A stretch of 64,000 nucleotides of DNA from Candidatus Latescibacterota bacterium. Its GTDB lineage: Bacteria; Latescibacterota; UBA2968; SICM01. Location of the stretch: assembly GCA_965217865.1 (NCBI GenBank), contig CBDCJO010000001.1, positions 288,001 through 352,000 of the forward strand, in the 5' to 3' direction. The position numbers and the translations under genes are program-made. The notes beneath the pieces are model-generated. The model had not been told where the DNA came from. It worked only from the letters and a program-made list of their open reading frames with translations, and made no database searches. Shown here piece by piece: positions 30,882 through 40,233 of the stretch (the first letter of the stretch is position 1; every line of letters starts with the position of its first letter).

Positions 30882-31289
30882 GCTTATCAATTCATCGGTG
30901 GAATTGGATATAATATCAGCGATATTACTATTCTTACAGTCGGTTACCGCTACTTCGCCACAACGACTCTTGAATTTAAAGAGTTCTGGGCATATGATTT
31001 CACGAGCGAAACTAATATAGAAATCCACAGTATTGAAATGGGATTACGATTTTATTTCTGACAAAGATACAAATCAATGATGACGATCTGGCAGAAGGGC
31101 TTTTCGGATCATAGACAGGGGACCGTGACGGACAGTCGCTGTCCCGCTCTATCGTCCCACGCGAGACCGCCCGTTATTCGGCTTCCTGGCCACGGGAACC
31201 GGGCCGCCCTGCTGCTTTCTGGCCTTATCATGGGTTGGACCCACCCGCGTCCGGGACGATCACCCAGCAGAAAGCGCCCCCGCGCTTGG

Positions 31290-31637
31290 CTCCGCCATCA
31301 ATGACTCTAAGGTGTTCCTGGACATTCTGATGAGTTCCCCTAAATCTCTGTATTCAAAGGAAGTATTGAACAAACAAGGCTGGTAAGTCACTGTAAGTTT
31401 CGGTTTATTCCGATTATAAATGGGGGGAAGATTGAGGGCGGAACGGAACGGCCATTGTGTGCTTGATAAAGTGCCCACATGATCTTTCCCCTCATATTTA
31501 CCACATCCGCCGAAGCGGCGCTGGCGCATGTCATCAAGGACAAGGCCGAGGCGGCCTATGCGCGTTCAGACCTTTTCGACCGCCGCCGCAAACTTATAAA
31601 CGATTGGGCGGCCTATCTTGGGGGGACCGTCGGATGA
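31290..31637 (+). pseudogene. Inverted att-arm/int-promoter homolog followed by an integrase C-terminal tail
   Basis: 31290-31450 aligns with the reverse complement of ~43100-43248; 31509-31637 encodes AEAALAHVIKDKAEAAYARSDLFDRRRKLINDWAAYL. Confidence 0.75.
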
Positions 31638-32320
31638 ATGAATCCTACGTATGGCTTGACCCGGGCGAAAATGGCAAGTTTAAGAGGGGCAGATATGATT
31701 CCTTTGTTTACGGCGATGAAAAGGAGATCGCGAAGTGGATCAAGAAGTCTGAAACACACACCGCCGCATTGCAAAGCCTTCATGCCTTGTATAAGGCTTG
31801 GGTGGATGACAATCATCCTGTTCAGATCCACTTAAAGATTCTGCGGAAAGACAACAAACCCCTTCTGGACCCGTTGCCTGTTCCGCCTGCCTTGCAGGAG
31901 TGGCGTGATGGCGTCTTTAATCGCACTCGCAAAGCGCCGAAGCGGAAGAGGGGTCCAGACGGTTTTCAGAACGTCCTCCGTGACCGTTCTATCGTGAAGG
32001 TTGTCAAGGCGCTGGTAGTATACCAGGGAATTCCCGCCACGTCCGTCAAGGCAGTCTTTCCCGGGGACGAGCGACCCTCCGCCTGCCACGTGGTGGCTGA
32101 TACAATGGGAATGAAGTACAAAACGGTGCGCAAGGTCTGGCAAAATCGCAAATGGGACAAATTCAAAGAAGCGTTTGGGTTGTATATCGAGACCGGAGAC
32201 AGGAAACATTATAATCGCGCCATGAGTATGAATCTTTTCATCAAAAACGACCGTCGCCGGAGGGTCCGAGCGAGAACCAAAACGACCGTCAAAAAGAGGG
32301 CTGATCGAGCGGTCGATTGA
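31634..32320 (+). CDS. Hypothetical protein, integrase-linked family X (copy 2)
   Basis: ATG overlaps the int-tail stop; strongly similar to 33219-33875. Confidence 0.75.
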   Translation: MNESYVWLDPGENGKFKRGRYDSFVYGDEKEIAKWIKKSETHTAALQSLHALYKAWVDDNHPVQIHLKILRKDNKPLLDPLPVPPALQEWRDGVFNRTRKAPKRKRGPDGFQNVLRDRSIVKVVKALVVYQGIPATSVKAVFPGDERPSACHVVADTMGMKYKTVRKVWQNRKWDKFKEAFGLYIETGDRKHYNRAMSMNLFIKNDRRRRVRARTKTTVKKRADRAVD

Positions 32321-32436
32321 GTGTCCGGGCTGGAGATGGGTATGGATCTGTTCGATTGGAGATGATGGGAGACTTCTAAAGGCTGGTTCTACCCGGCACT
32401 GGCATTAGCCAGCACAGAGGGGATACCTTAAGCAAA

Positions 32437-33048
32437 ATGATCAAATGTTTCGCGTTGTCTGTTGGAATCGGTGCGTTGTTATTGATACTCGAACCAGAGA
32501 CTGCGCACGCAGAACAGGTGGCATATAAACAGTACAACAACTGTCGTGTGATCACCAACCGTGATGAATTCACCGACAAAGACACCACTTTACTTATGTG
32601 TGACGGCAGTGGCATCGGTCTGGACACCTGGGATGAAATCGACTTGAAGACGGGCAAATTGACCGGTTCGTCCCCGGGGTATTATGGAATTGCTATCATT
32701 TCCGATGGGACGGGATGGAGTCTCGTCCTTAGAACCGGACTCCAGTTTCATGCAGACGGTCTGATAAAGGTACGTTATCGCTTTGGGAAGACACAGCATA
32801 AAGAAGAAACATGGGCTTGGTTGACGGAGCCAGCAGCAGCGGATTCGTCAGTGGGTCAGGGTTACGCAGTGACGCTTTCTAAGAAAAAATCCCAGACGTT
32901 TCTCAAGAACATGACCTCGACCGAGCACATAGTTTTTCAGATCGGTCAAAATATAAATAGAGGGTTTGTTAAATTCACTGACCAGACAAAAAGCGCGGTA
33001 GCTGATTTTCGGAAACGCTTAGATGGCCACTACCCCGATGACGAATAA
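32437..33048 (+). CDS. Secreted hypothetical protein
   Basis: Signal peptide ending AHA; DEFTDKDT..., VRYRFGK; its 3' end recurs at 11416-11478. Confidence 0.7.
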   Translation: MIKCFALSVGIGALLLILEPETAHAEQVAYKQYNNCRVITNRDEFTDKDTTLLMCDGSGIGLDTWDEIDLKTGKLTGSSPGYYGIAIISDGTGWSLVLRTGLQFHADGLIKVRYRFGKTQHKEETWAWLTEPAAADSSVGQGYAVTLSKKKSQTFLKNMTSTEHIVFQIGQNINRGFVKFTDQTKSAVADFRKRLDGHYPDDE

Positions 33049-33069
33049 AGGCAGGTCGTTTGGGTTGAA

Positions 33070-33219
33070 AAGACGAACCATCCTCGCGAAGTTGCCGAGG
33101 CGGCGTTGGCACATGTCATCAGGGACAAGGCCGAGGCGGCCTATGCGCGTTCGGACCTCATCGATCACCGTCGCAGGCTCATGGACGATTGGGCGGCCTA
33201 CCTGAATGGAGGCTGCTGA
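33070..33219 (+). pseudogene. Integrase C-terminal tail
   Basis: TNHPREVAEAALAHVIRDKAEAAYARSDLIDHRRRLMDDWAAYL. Confidence 0.85.
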
Positions 33220-33875
33220 TGAAAATAGACCTGCTTGATTACATATGGTTTATGTGGGATCATGAATCCTACGTATGGGCACCTAACCGGTGGGAGAGGA
33301 AGAGGGGCAAATATGGCTCTTTTGTTTACGGCGATGACAAGGAGATCAAGAGGTGGATCGATGCATCTGAAACAAATTGGACCGCCTGGCAGGGTCTTCA
33401 AGACTTGTTAGATGCCTTCTGGACGGACAAGCATCCTATTCATATCGAGTTAATGCTCCGGGGGAAGGACAACATTCCGCCCGCGTTGTTGGAATGGGCA
33501 AAGGACGTCGCGAGAGGCAAGCGCAAAGCACCGAAGCGGAAGAGAGGTCCAGACGGTTTTGAGAACATCCTTTGCGACCGCTTCATTGTGATATATGTGG
33601 CGGGGCTGGTAAACTGTGGTGGCTTTCCCGCAACAAAGTCTATCGGGGAGTTATGCCCAGACGAGGAGGCGTACGAGGACGAGGACAAGTCCGCCTGCCA
33701 CATGGTGGCTGATTCAATGGGGATGAAATACAAAGCGGTGTGCAAGATCTGGCAACATCCCAAATGGAAGGAATTCAAAGAAGCGATCGGATTGTATTTC
33801 CAGACCGGGGACGAGAAACATTATAACCGCGCGATGGGCCTGAACCTTTTCAAAAACGACCGCCGCCCCGTTTGA
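33219..33875 (+). CDS. Hypothetical protein, integrase-linked family X (copy 3)
   Basis: GGAGG RBS and TGATG overlap with the int tail; paralog motifs. Confidence 0.75.
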   Translation: MKIDLLDYIWFMWDHESYVWAPNRWERKRGKYGSFVYGDDKEIKRWIDASETNWTAWQGLQDLLDAFWTDKHPIHIELMLRGKDNIPPALLEWAKDVARGKRKAPKRKRGPDGFENILCDRFIVIYVAGLVNCGGFPATKSIGELCPDEEAYEDEDKSACHMVADSMGMKYKAVCKIWQHPKWKEFKEAIGLYFQTGDEKHYNRAMGLNLFKNDRRPV

Positions 33876-33940
33876 GGGTCCGGATTGGTGGTCGTTTTGA
33901 GTTCCGGGCTGGAGGTCGTTTGAGGGTCCGGACTGGAGAA
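33868..33940 (+). repeat. Three tandem ~23-bp GTTTGAGGGTCCGGRYTGG units
   Basis: Direct reading; related copies at ~11466, 32312 and 35984. Confidence 0.7.
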
Positions 33941-33999
33941 CGAAACGACGCCGACCCCATCAATTCGAGATAAGGTTCGATTTCAGAAAGGAGAATCGC

Positions 34000-34641
34000 G
34001 TGATGAAACGAGCTACTGCAAGCTTGCTACGACTGCTGTGCTCTGCTGTTCTTGTGCTCTTGATAGCGAATCCGACGAGTTCCAAAACTGCGCTGGAGAG
34101 CGACAATAAAACTCTCGATCTTTCGGCTCAGTTGTCGGACGCAGATGTGGTGTACCTAAAGAATGGAAGTGTCATACGAGGTACAGTTGTTGAATTGGTA
34201 CCCGGCTTGACGGTCAAGATTCGCATCAGTGACGGAAGCGTATTCGTCTACGAAATGGATGACGTGGAAAGGATTGGAAAAGCGCCCGTAGGCGTTCACC
34301 CCTCCAATGCAAACACAGTTCACAAACAGATTGCGCGCTGGGGTCTCGCATCAATGATGGCAGCGACACTTGTCGGTTCTTTTGCAATGGACGACGAGTT
34401 CGCAGGCACAACGATCATCCCTGTAGTCGGACCTTTTATAACCCTTACTAGGGTCGAAAAAGATCCCAATGCTTTCTATCGACCTGGTGGTAAGGAATTG
34501 CTAATTGCTTCAGGTGTCGCTCAAACTGGATTCTTGATATATTTCATCGCATCTTGGGTAAGCGAGAAGTCTAATAACGCGAAATTCACCGTTTCACCAT
34601 CGCCGCGCTTAGTTGGTGCAACGATGCGATATAGTTTCTGA
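34000..34641 (+). CDS. Secreted/membrane hypothetical protein
   Basis: AGGAG RBS, signal peptide, DVVYLKNGSVIRG..E domain, TM segments, C-terminal YSF. Confidence 0.75.
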   Translation: MMKRATASLLRLLCSAVLVLLIANPTSSKTALESDNKTLDLSAQLSDADVVYLKNGSVIRGTVVELVPGLTVKIRISDGSVFVYEMDDVERIGKAPVGVHPSNANTVHKQIARWGLASMMAATLVGSFAMDDEFAGTTIIPVVGPFITLTRVEKDPNAFYRPGGKELLIASGVAQTGFLIYFIASWVSEKSNNAKFTVSPSPRLVGATMRYSF

Positions 34642-34686
34642 GAAACAGTAACTTTCCGACCCCCAAAAACCCCGGAGGAGTTTTCA

Positions 34687-35979
34687 TTGCGGTCATGCAT
34701 CTTTCTGTCTGTCTTTATTCTTGTTTGCGCGGTCGCGTATGCGTCGCAGGAAAGATTGATCGGCGATCTGGACGGCAACGGCACCGTGGATCTGGATGAC
34801 TTCTTCATACTTGCTTCCAATTTCGGCAAGACGGGCGGGGAAGTCTTCGACGCAGGCTCCGTTAAAGTTGATACCGTTGTGGTTCTGGATACCCTTGTGG
34901 TAAGAGATACCCTTCTTACCGTTGTGTTTCGAGATACCCTTACCCTTGTGGTAAGAGACACGACGTTTCTCGTAGTCAACTCAGCACCAGTCATTGAAAC
35001 TGTTTACGGAAGTGGAATAGTTTACAGAAATGGAAGGGTTTACATAGATGGAAGGTGGTATGGAGGGTCTGAAGAACCATCGATCACCGTCGAGTCTGGG
35101 GGATGGCAACAACCAGTTGAGCTTGTTCAAGCGATCTGTGAGAGTGTTCAGAAAATCTTGTCAGAACCACTGGTTTGTGCTCTCGATTCTGATATCGTCG
35201 TTCGGCATGTCGAACCGGAGGGGCCGAGAGTACTATACTCACGCGCCCCAAACGGCTCTTACGTGATCTGGTTGGACACGGAAGACACGAACTTTAAGCA
35301 GAACGTCTTTCAATTCGCCCACGAGTATGGCCACCTGATGAGTAACTATTATCAGACACTAAGCAGACAGAATAAATGGTTTGATGAATCGCTGTCAAGT
35401 ATGGCCTCGTTGTACGTTTTGAGGAAGATACATGAGAAGATCCTGGCTGGGTATTATCTCAACGTATATGTTCCAAGCACAAACACGACATGGTATCTTC
35501 ATAATGCGATGAGGCATGAGCTCCTATTCTACGCAGAAGAAAATATACCTGGCCACAGAATGGAGGCGGCACGATTCAAGGCGTGGTTTAGGGCACGGCG
35601 TTTTGAATTAACGCAAAATCCTGTTAACAGGGGATACAATGATATGATCGCTCACAATCTAATTGATATTTTCGAAACCAACCCGGAGGCGTGGAACGCT
35701 GTCCGCTTTCTGAATATGCAAGGACCGGTTTCGTGGGACCAAAATCAGGATTTTGAAACATATCTCTACGGCTGGTATTTGAGGACGCCGGCCAGATGGC
35801 AAAAATACGTTGTGGAGCTTGCAAGCCGCTTCGGATACTTCCCAGCCAGTAAACCGGCATTAGCCTTAGGCACAAAGGGGATACAACCGTGGCGTGGGAT
35901 GGGCGAACCCAAAGGGTCCAGCCATCCATTGACGATTGAGGAAATCGAACGCGGGAATACAAGAAGAGACGGCCGATAG
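34687..35979 (+). CDS. Secreted EF-hand/dockerin-like + HExxH metallopeptidase-like protein
   Basis: GGAGGAG RBS + TTG; GDLDGNGTVDLDDFFILASNFG; VxDT repeats; FAHEYGH...WFDES. Confidence 0.8.
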   Translation: MRSCIFLSVFILVCAVAYASQERLIGDLDGNGTVDLDDFFILASNFGKTGGEVFDAGSVKVDTVVVLDTLVVRDTLLTVVFRDTLTLVVRDTTFLVVNSAPVIETVYGSGIVYRNGRVYIDGRWYGGSEEPSITVESGGWQQPVELVQAICESVQKILSEPLVCALDSDIVVRHVEPEGPRVLYSRAPNGSYVIWLDTEDTNFKQNVFQFAHEYGHLMSNYYQTLSRQNKWFDESLSSMASLYVLRKIHEKILAGYYLNVYVPSTNTTWYLHNAMRHELLFYAEENIPGHRMEAARFKAWFRARRFELTQNPVNRGYNDMIAHNLIDIFETNPEAWNAVRFLNMQGPVSWDQNQDFETYLYGWYLRTPARWQKYVVELASRFGYFPASKPALALGTKGIQPWRGMGEPKGSSHPLTIEEIERGNTRRDGR

Positions 35980-36711
35980 GGCCGTCGTTTGAGAGTCCGG
36001 GTTAGCCGTTATTCGGCTCCCTGGCTGCGGGAATCGGGGCACTCTAACGACTTAATCGCCCCAACATGGGTTTCAACCCGCGTTTGGACTTATCGCCCCA
36101 CAGAGAAGCGCGGGAGGGATACTTCCCCTTCCCGCGCCCGTAAACGGCTCCTAAGCGACTTTCCCAAAAACCCACATAAACCAACCCATCCCGGAGTAAG
36201 AAAGCAGGAGGGCGGGGCGGTTCCCGTGGCTCAGCTGCCTAATTTGGGCAGAAGGCGGAGCCGCTGGATGAATAGTTCAGGACTAGGGAGGTGGAACAAA
36301 CAGCTGCTTGATCGTCAGGAGTAAAGTTTGCGTCGTTACCTGTGACCCCTGCTTTCGTAGATAGTCCCGCGCCTCGTTCCAAAGCCTACCTTCAGAAGCA
36401 CGCACGTATCGTTGGATGGGGTGTTGTCGGTGCCGCACTGCTGGGGCCGGTGGGTCTATTAGCCGGTCTTTTGGCTGGTGGGCAAGGGAAAGACGTGACC
36501 TTTGTCTGCGTATTGAAGGATGGCCGCCGGTTCATGGCGACCGCGCCATCAAAAGTCTACAAAGAGATAGCAGCAAGCAGATTCTAGATGCGTGCTCATT
36601 GAATTCCTTTTCGATAATCTGCAACTGCTATGCGGTGGCGTGTGATGCTCCGAGAACGTGGTGTTTTTTCCGGCCAAGATATTAATTCCGACTTTCAATT
36701 GGGACATTCCG

Positions 36712-36840
36712 TTTTCGAAACCAACCCGGAGGCGTGGAACGCTGTCCGCTTTCTGAATATGCAAGGACCGGTTTCGTGGGACCAAAATCAGGATTTTGAA
36801 ACGTATCTCCACGGCTGGTATATGAAGGACGCCAGCCATA
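36712..36840 (+). repeat. ~125-bp duplicate of 35669-35795
   Basis: TTTTCGAAACCAACCCGGAGGCGTGGAAC...GATTTTGAAAC identical for ~90 bp. Confidence 0.9.
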
Positions 36841-36874
36841 TGGCGGCCCGGTTCCCGTGGAGGAACAGGCCGAT

Positions 36875-37342
36875 TTATTCCTTCCCCGCTTCGGGCAGCA
36901 GGTGGAGATGCTTTCCCTCGGCAATCAGCAGCCGCAAGGATTCGACATCCTTGTCGGTCAATGCCGACATATCGGGCTTCTGCAACGCCACCTCGCCGCT
37001 GTGCTGGAGTTCCTGGGGCTTATCGAGCCCAAGCAGCTTCGCCTCACGCTCCAGAAGCCTGAGTACGCGGTCCACTGCCGACAAGTCGCCTTCCATCGCC
37101 ATCGGCCACAACCGCAGCAGCAGTTGGTTGATTCGCAGGCGGTGGAGCTCGCGATACTTCTTGGTATGCGGGCATTCGGCAGCCGCCGACTCAAGGCGGG
37201 CGTGGATGTCCCGCCCTATAGTCCCACGTGAAAAGCCGGTCCGCGCCTCGATCTGCCTGTAAGTAAAGCCTTCCAGCACCAGTTTCATGACTGTGTCTCG
37301 GCGTTCCTCGCGTTGGGCCGCCATGCTTATCCGTTGTGCCAT
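36875..37342 (-). CDS. HTH terminase small subunit-like protein
   Basis: HTH GFTYRQIEARTGFSRGTIGRD; GDLSAVDRVLRLLEREAKLLGLD; follows the rep gene as in PICIs. Confidence 0.6.
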   Translation of the reverse strand: MAQRISMAAQREERRDTVMKLVLEGFTYRQIEARTGFSRGTIGRDIHARLESAAAECPHTKKYRELHRLRINQLLLRLWPMAMEGDLSAVDRVLRLLEREAKLLGLDKPQELQHSGEVALQKPDMSALTDKDVESLRLLIAEGKHLHLLPEAGKE

Positions 37343-37418
37343 ATTTATTAACTTCCTCCCTCTTCCCTTGTCCTGGTCTAAGGTGATCGACCCAGGGCCT
37401 GGGGGACCGATCCACCGA

Positions 37419-39995
37419 TCACGCCTTCGCCTTAGCCCGAGCTTTAGCCTTCGCTCGCTTCGCCCGACGCGTCGCTTCGATTATTTCCGCCTGCGCCTGA
37501 GCTTCGGCTTCCGCCTGAGTCAAGCCGCCATCAATCTGCCCGTGCGCCGCGCGTTCCTCAAACGTCTCCAGCTCCCCATCATCCAATCCTTCGATGAACG
37601 CCTTCATCTCCGCCGCTTCTTGATCGTCTTTACGAGGGCTTGCGCGATCTTCAGACCGTGGCACAATCCGTGACACCGGGCCGCTCTCCTCATCATCCAA
37701 TGCTTCTTTCTCCCCCCGCGCGGAGCAAGGGGATAAATCGCCGCCATCGCTGTCATCGCTGCCACCGTCCAATAATTTCAATGACTTACGCGTGGCGGGG
37801 ATGGAACGAACTCCGCCATCGCCGCCATCCCCGCCACCATCGCCGCCAACGGCAACAGGTTGTTTATCCAGTTGTTTATTTTGAGGCGTGGCGGGGATGG
37901 CGGGACTGGCGGGGTTTTGCGCCTTTTCTCCGCCGCTGGGTCTCTTGGTTATTCTCCACCATCTGGAACCCTTGTGCCGGTCAAGCTTTTCGCATTCGAT
38001 CCCCGTCTCTCGCAGACTGGGCGCCAACCGTGCGAGACGGAAACCCAGCGCACTCGCGGTCGCGGGCCATCCTCTCGCCTTGCGCTGGAAATCGGACCCG
38101 AGGCCGTTCAGCCTTTCCAGCAGATCGGTCGTCGTTCCCTCGAACGACCCGGTGCCGTCGATCAGCTTGACCACGGTGGCGCCGATGGCGCTCGACTCAA
38201 TGACGGCTTCGTTCGCCGCCGCGCGATTCGCGCCATAGGCCTTCATGAAAGCTCCTTCGGGCCAGAGCGCGGGCTCACAAGCCGTTGCCCACTTCGCGAA
38301 ATCTGCCATGCGGGGCAGGCGTTCCAGGCGCACGGTGGGCAGTCGGCGCAATCCCTCGGATATGGCGTCCAACAACGCGCCCAGGATGCGCGGCCGGCAC
38401 GCTTCAAAGTCCATGAGCAGGTCGCTTTCAAGGCGTCGCTGGGTTTCCGGGATCAGATCAAGGGTGAGGTGGATCGCCCGGTCGGCGAGATCGCCTCGCG
38501 TGATGATGTCACCGATGCCATTGATGATGACCGGGCGCGTCGCGTTAAGGATCGTCTCCTCGTCGTCGGTGTAAAGGGTTCTTGTTGCGTAACCGCCGCC
38601 GGTTGCCATCCGGCACAGCACATCGGACAGCCAGGGAGGCAGGCCGGACACGTTGTCGAAGGCCAGCACGTGCGCCCAACGCGCTGCGATGAAGACGTCG
38701 CGATCGTCGCGTGGTGGCGACCGCAGCGGCATCGAGGACGGATCCACAAGGGAGCGCAGCAGCCGGCAAAGCGTGCTTTTTGCGGTGCCCTGCTCGCCGC
38801 CGAGCGCGAGCACGGGGTACGGCCCTTCCGGGTTCAACGCGGCAAGGAGCCACGCGATGGCAAGCTGGAAATCGCTCTCACGACTTACGTTGCAGAACTT
38901 CTGGAGGGCCGCCAACGATTCGGCCCGGTCCCCAGACTCCGGCACGGGCAGCGCCTGCATTGATTCACTGCGCCGGAACCGAACGGGTGGATCGGACACA
39001 ATCCGCCACCCGCTGACGTCCACCTCGACGGCGCGCCAAGCTTTGTCGGCCAGGTCAATGTAGAGCTTCTGGCCGTCCTTTCCCACGCGAAGGAATACTT
39101 GCCGCCGGGCCGGATCGCGAATGGTCTTCGCTTCGAGCGTGGCGATAGCCTGTTTCATCGCCTCGGCTCTTGGCGACTTTTCCTCAGCGTCATAGAAAGC
39201 AAGCCGCAGCCAGCGCCGGAAGCCCTTCGATTCAACGGCCCACGTCTCGCGATGACCGTCTACGGTCAAGTCGGCAAACGCTGCTTCGTCTTCGTCCGCA
39301 AAAAAGGCGGCATTCCTTAGCGCGAGCGTGATCAGCCGGTCGGCTTGCGATGGACCGCGCGGGGACGGTCGGGCGGCCCGGTCTTCGGCAACCGCTTCAG
39401 CCTCGGCCAGCAACTTGTCAAGGTCGATCCCGGCGGGCGGATCGTCCGCCAGGTCCCAGCCCTTCGGCAGGCCGTCGGGCAGCCGCACGACCCGCGCCGA
39501 GGCCGCGCCCGCTTGTTCTGCCAACCGCGTCACATTCTCCGCGAAACCCGCGCCCGCCTCGTCGTTGTCCGGCCACACCGTCACGTCCCGGCCCTTGACC
39601 GGAGACCAGTCGGTCTTGTGCGGTGACTTGGCGCCGTGCATCGGCGTTGTCGCCACGGTGTCGGGGAACCGCCTGGCCGCCGCCTCGGCGCTCTTCTCGC
39701 CCTCGCACACCAGAACAGGCGCATTAGGCCGATCGAGGATCCCAAGCAGATTAAACAGGGGGCGCGGCTCGGGCAGTCCGGCCACACGCAAGCGTCCGTC
39801 TTTGAGGACCCATAGTGGCCGGAATACCTTGCCTTTTTCGGTCTCGAACCGCAAAGCATAGCCGACGATCCGGCCTTTGGCGTCATGGTAGGGCCACGTG
39901 AAAGACGGCTTGCCGAATTCGGGGTGACTGTAGTCGTGGATGTTGGCGCCGCCGTTGGCGTTGCCGGGTCGGCGGATGGGGTCACCTTTATTCAT
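37419..39995 (-). CDS. TOPRIM primase + P-loop helicase replication protein
   Basis: CEGEKSAEAA, WPDND, KGWDLAD; Walker A GEQGTAKST, FDNVS, RTLYTD, DLADR. Confidence 0.88.
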   Translation of the reverse strand: MNKGDPIRRPGNANGGANIHDYSHPEFGKPSFTWPYHDAKGRIVGYALRFETEKGKVFRPLWVLKDGRLRVAGLPEPRPLFNLLGILDRPNAPVLVCEGEKSAEAAARRFPDTVATTPMHGAKSPHKTDWSPVKGRDVTVWPDNDEAGAGFAENVTRLAEQAGAASARVVRLPDGLPKGWDLADDPPAGIDLDKLLAEAEAVAEDRAARPSPRGPSQADRLITLALRNAAFFADEDEAAFADLTVDGHRETWAVESKGFRRWLRLAFYDAEEKSPRAEAMKQAIATLEAKTIRDPARRQVFLRVGKDGQKLYIDLADKAWRAVEVDVSGWRIVSDPPVRFRRSESMQALPVPESGDRAESLAALQKFCNVSRESDFQLAIAWLLAALNPEGPYPVLALGGEQGTAKSTLCRLLRSLVDPSSMPLRSPPRDDRDVFIAARWAHVLAFDNVSGLPPWLSDVLCRMATGGGYATRTLYTDDEETILNATRPVIINGIGDIITRGDLADRAIHLTLDLIPETQRRLESDLLMDFEACRPRILGALLDAISEGLRRLPTVRLERLPRMADFAKWATACEPALWPEGAFMKAYGANRAAANEAVIESSAIGATVVKLIDGTGSFEGTTTDLLERLNGLGSDFQRKARGWPATASALGFRLARLAPSLRETGIECEKLDRHKGSRWWRITKRPSGGEKAQNPASPAIPATPQNKQLDKQPVAVGGDGGGDGGDGGVRSIPATRKSLKLLDGGSDDSDGGDLSPCSARGEKEALDDEESGPVSRIVPRSEDRASPRKDDQEAAEMKAFIEGLDDGELETFEERAAHGQIDGGLTQAEAEAQAQAEIIEATRRAKRAKAKARAKAKA

Positions 39996-40231
39996 CCAGG
40001 CGTCCTCCGCCTGGGCGCGTCCGGGAACAGGTCACCCGGCTTCATGCAGACGCCTGCGAGAATCGCTTTGTAATCGCAGCCAGCATGGCAATGGACCAAA
40101 ATCTTCCCGTTGTCACACTCGCGGATTGACAGGGACGGGGTTCGGTCATCGTGAGCTGGGCACCGAGCCGTCCATGAACGCTCGCCGACCTTGCGGACCC
40201 CCCTTAGCCGATCAAGAATCTGAAGGCTCAT
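39992..40231 (-). CDS. Stand-alone primase zinc-binding domain
   Basis: CPAHDDRTPSLSI...CHAGC; ATGA overlap with the rep gene. Confidence 0.82.
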   Translation of the reverse strand: MSLQILDRLRGVRKVGERSWTARCPAHDDRTPSLSIRECDNGKILVHCHAGCDYKAILAGVCMKPGDLFPDAPRRRTPG

Positions 40232-40233
40232 GA

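Noticed and set aside
33868-33940. CRISPR array
   Set aside because: Units are contiguous and degenerate with no unique spacers, and no cas genes are in the window
31290-36200. Classical integron
   Set aside because: The integrases are P4-type, and no RYYYAAC...GTTRRRY attC hairpins were recognised
35669-36840. TR/VR pair of a diversity-generating retroelement
   Set aside because: Differences between copies are not adenine-specific and no reverse transcriptase is present; it is a paralog fragment
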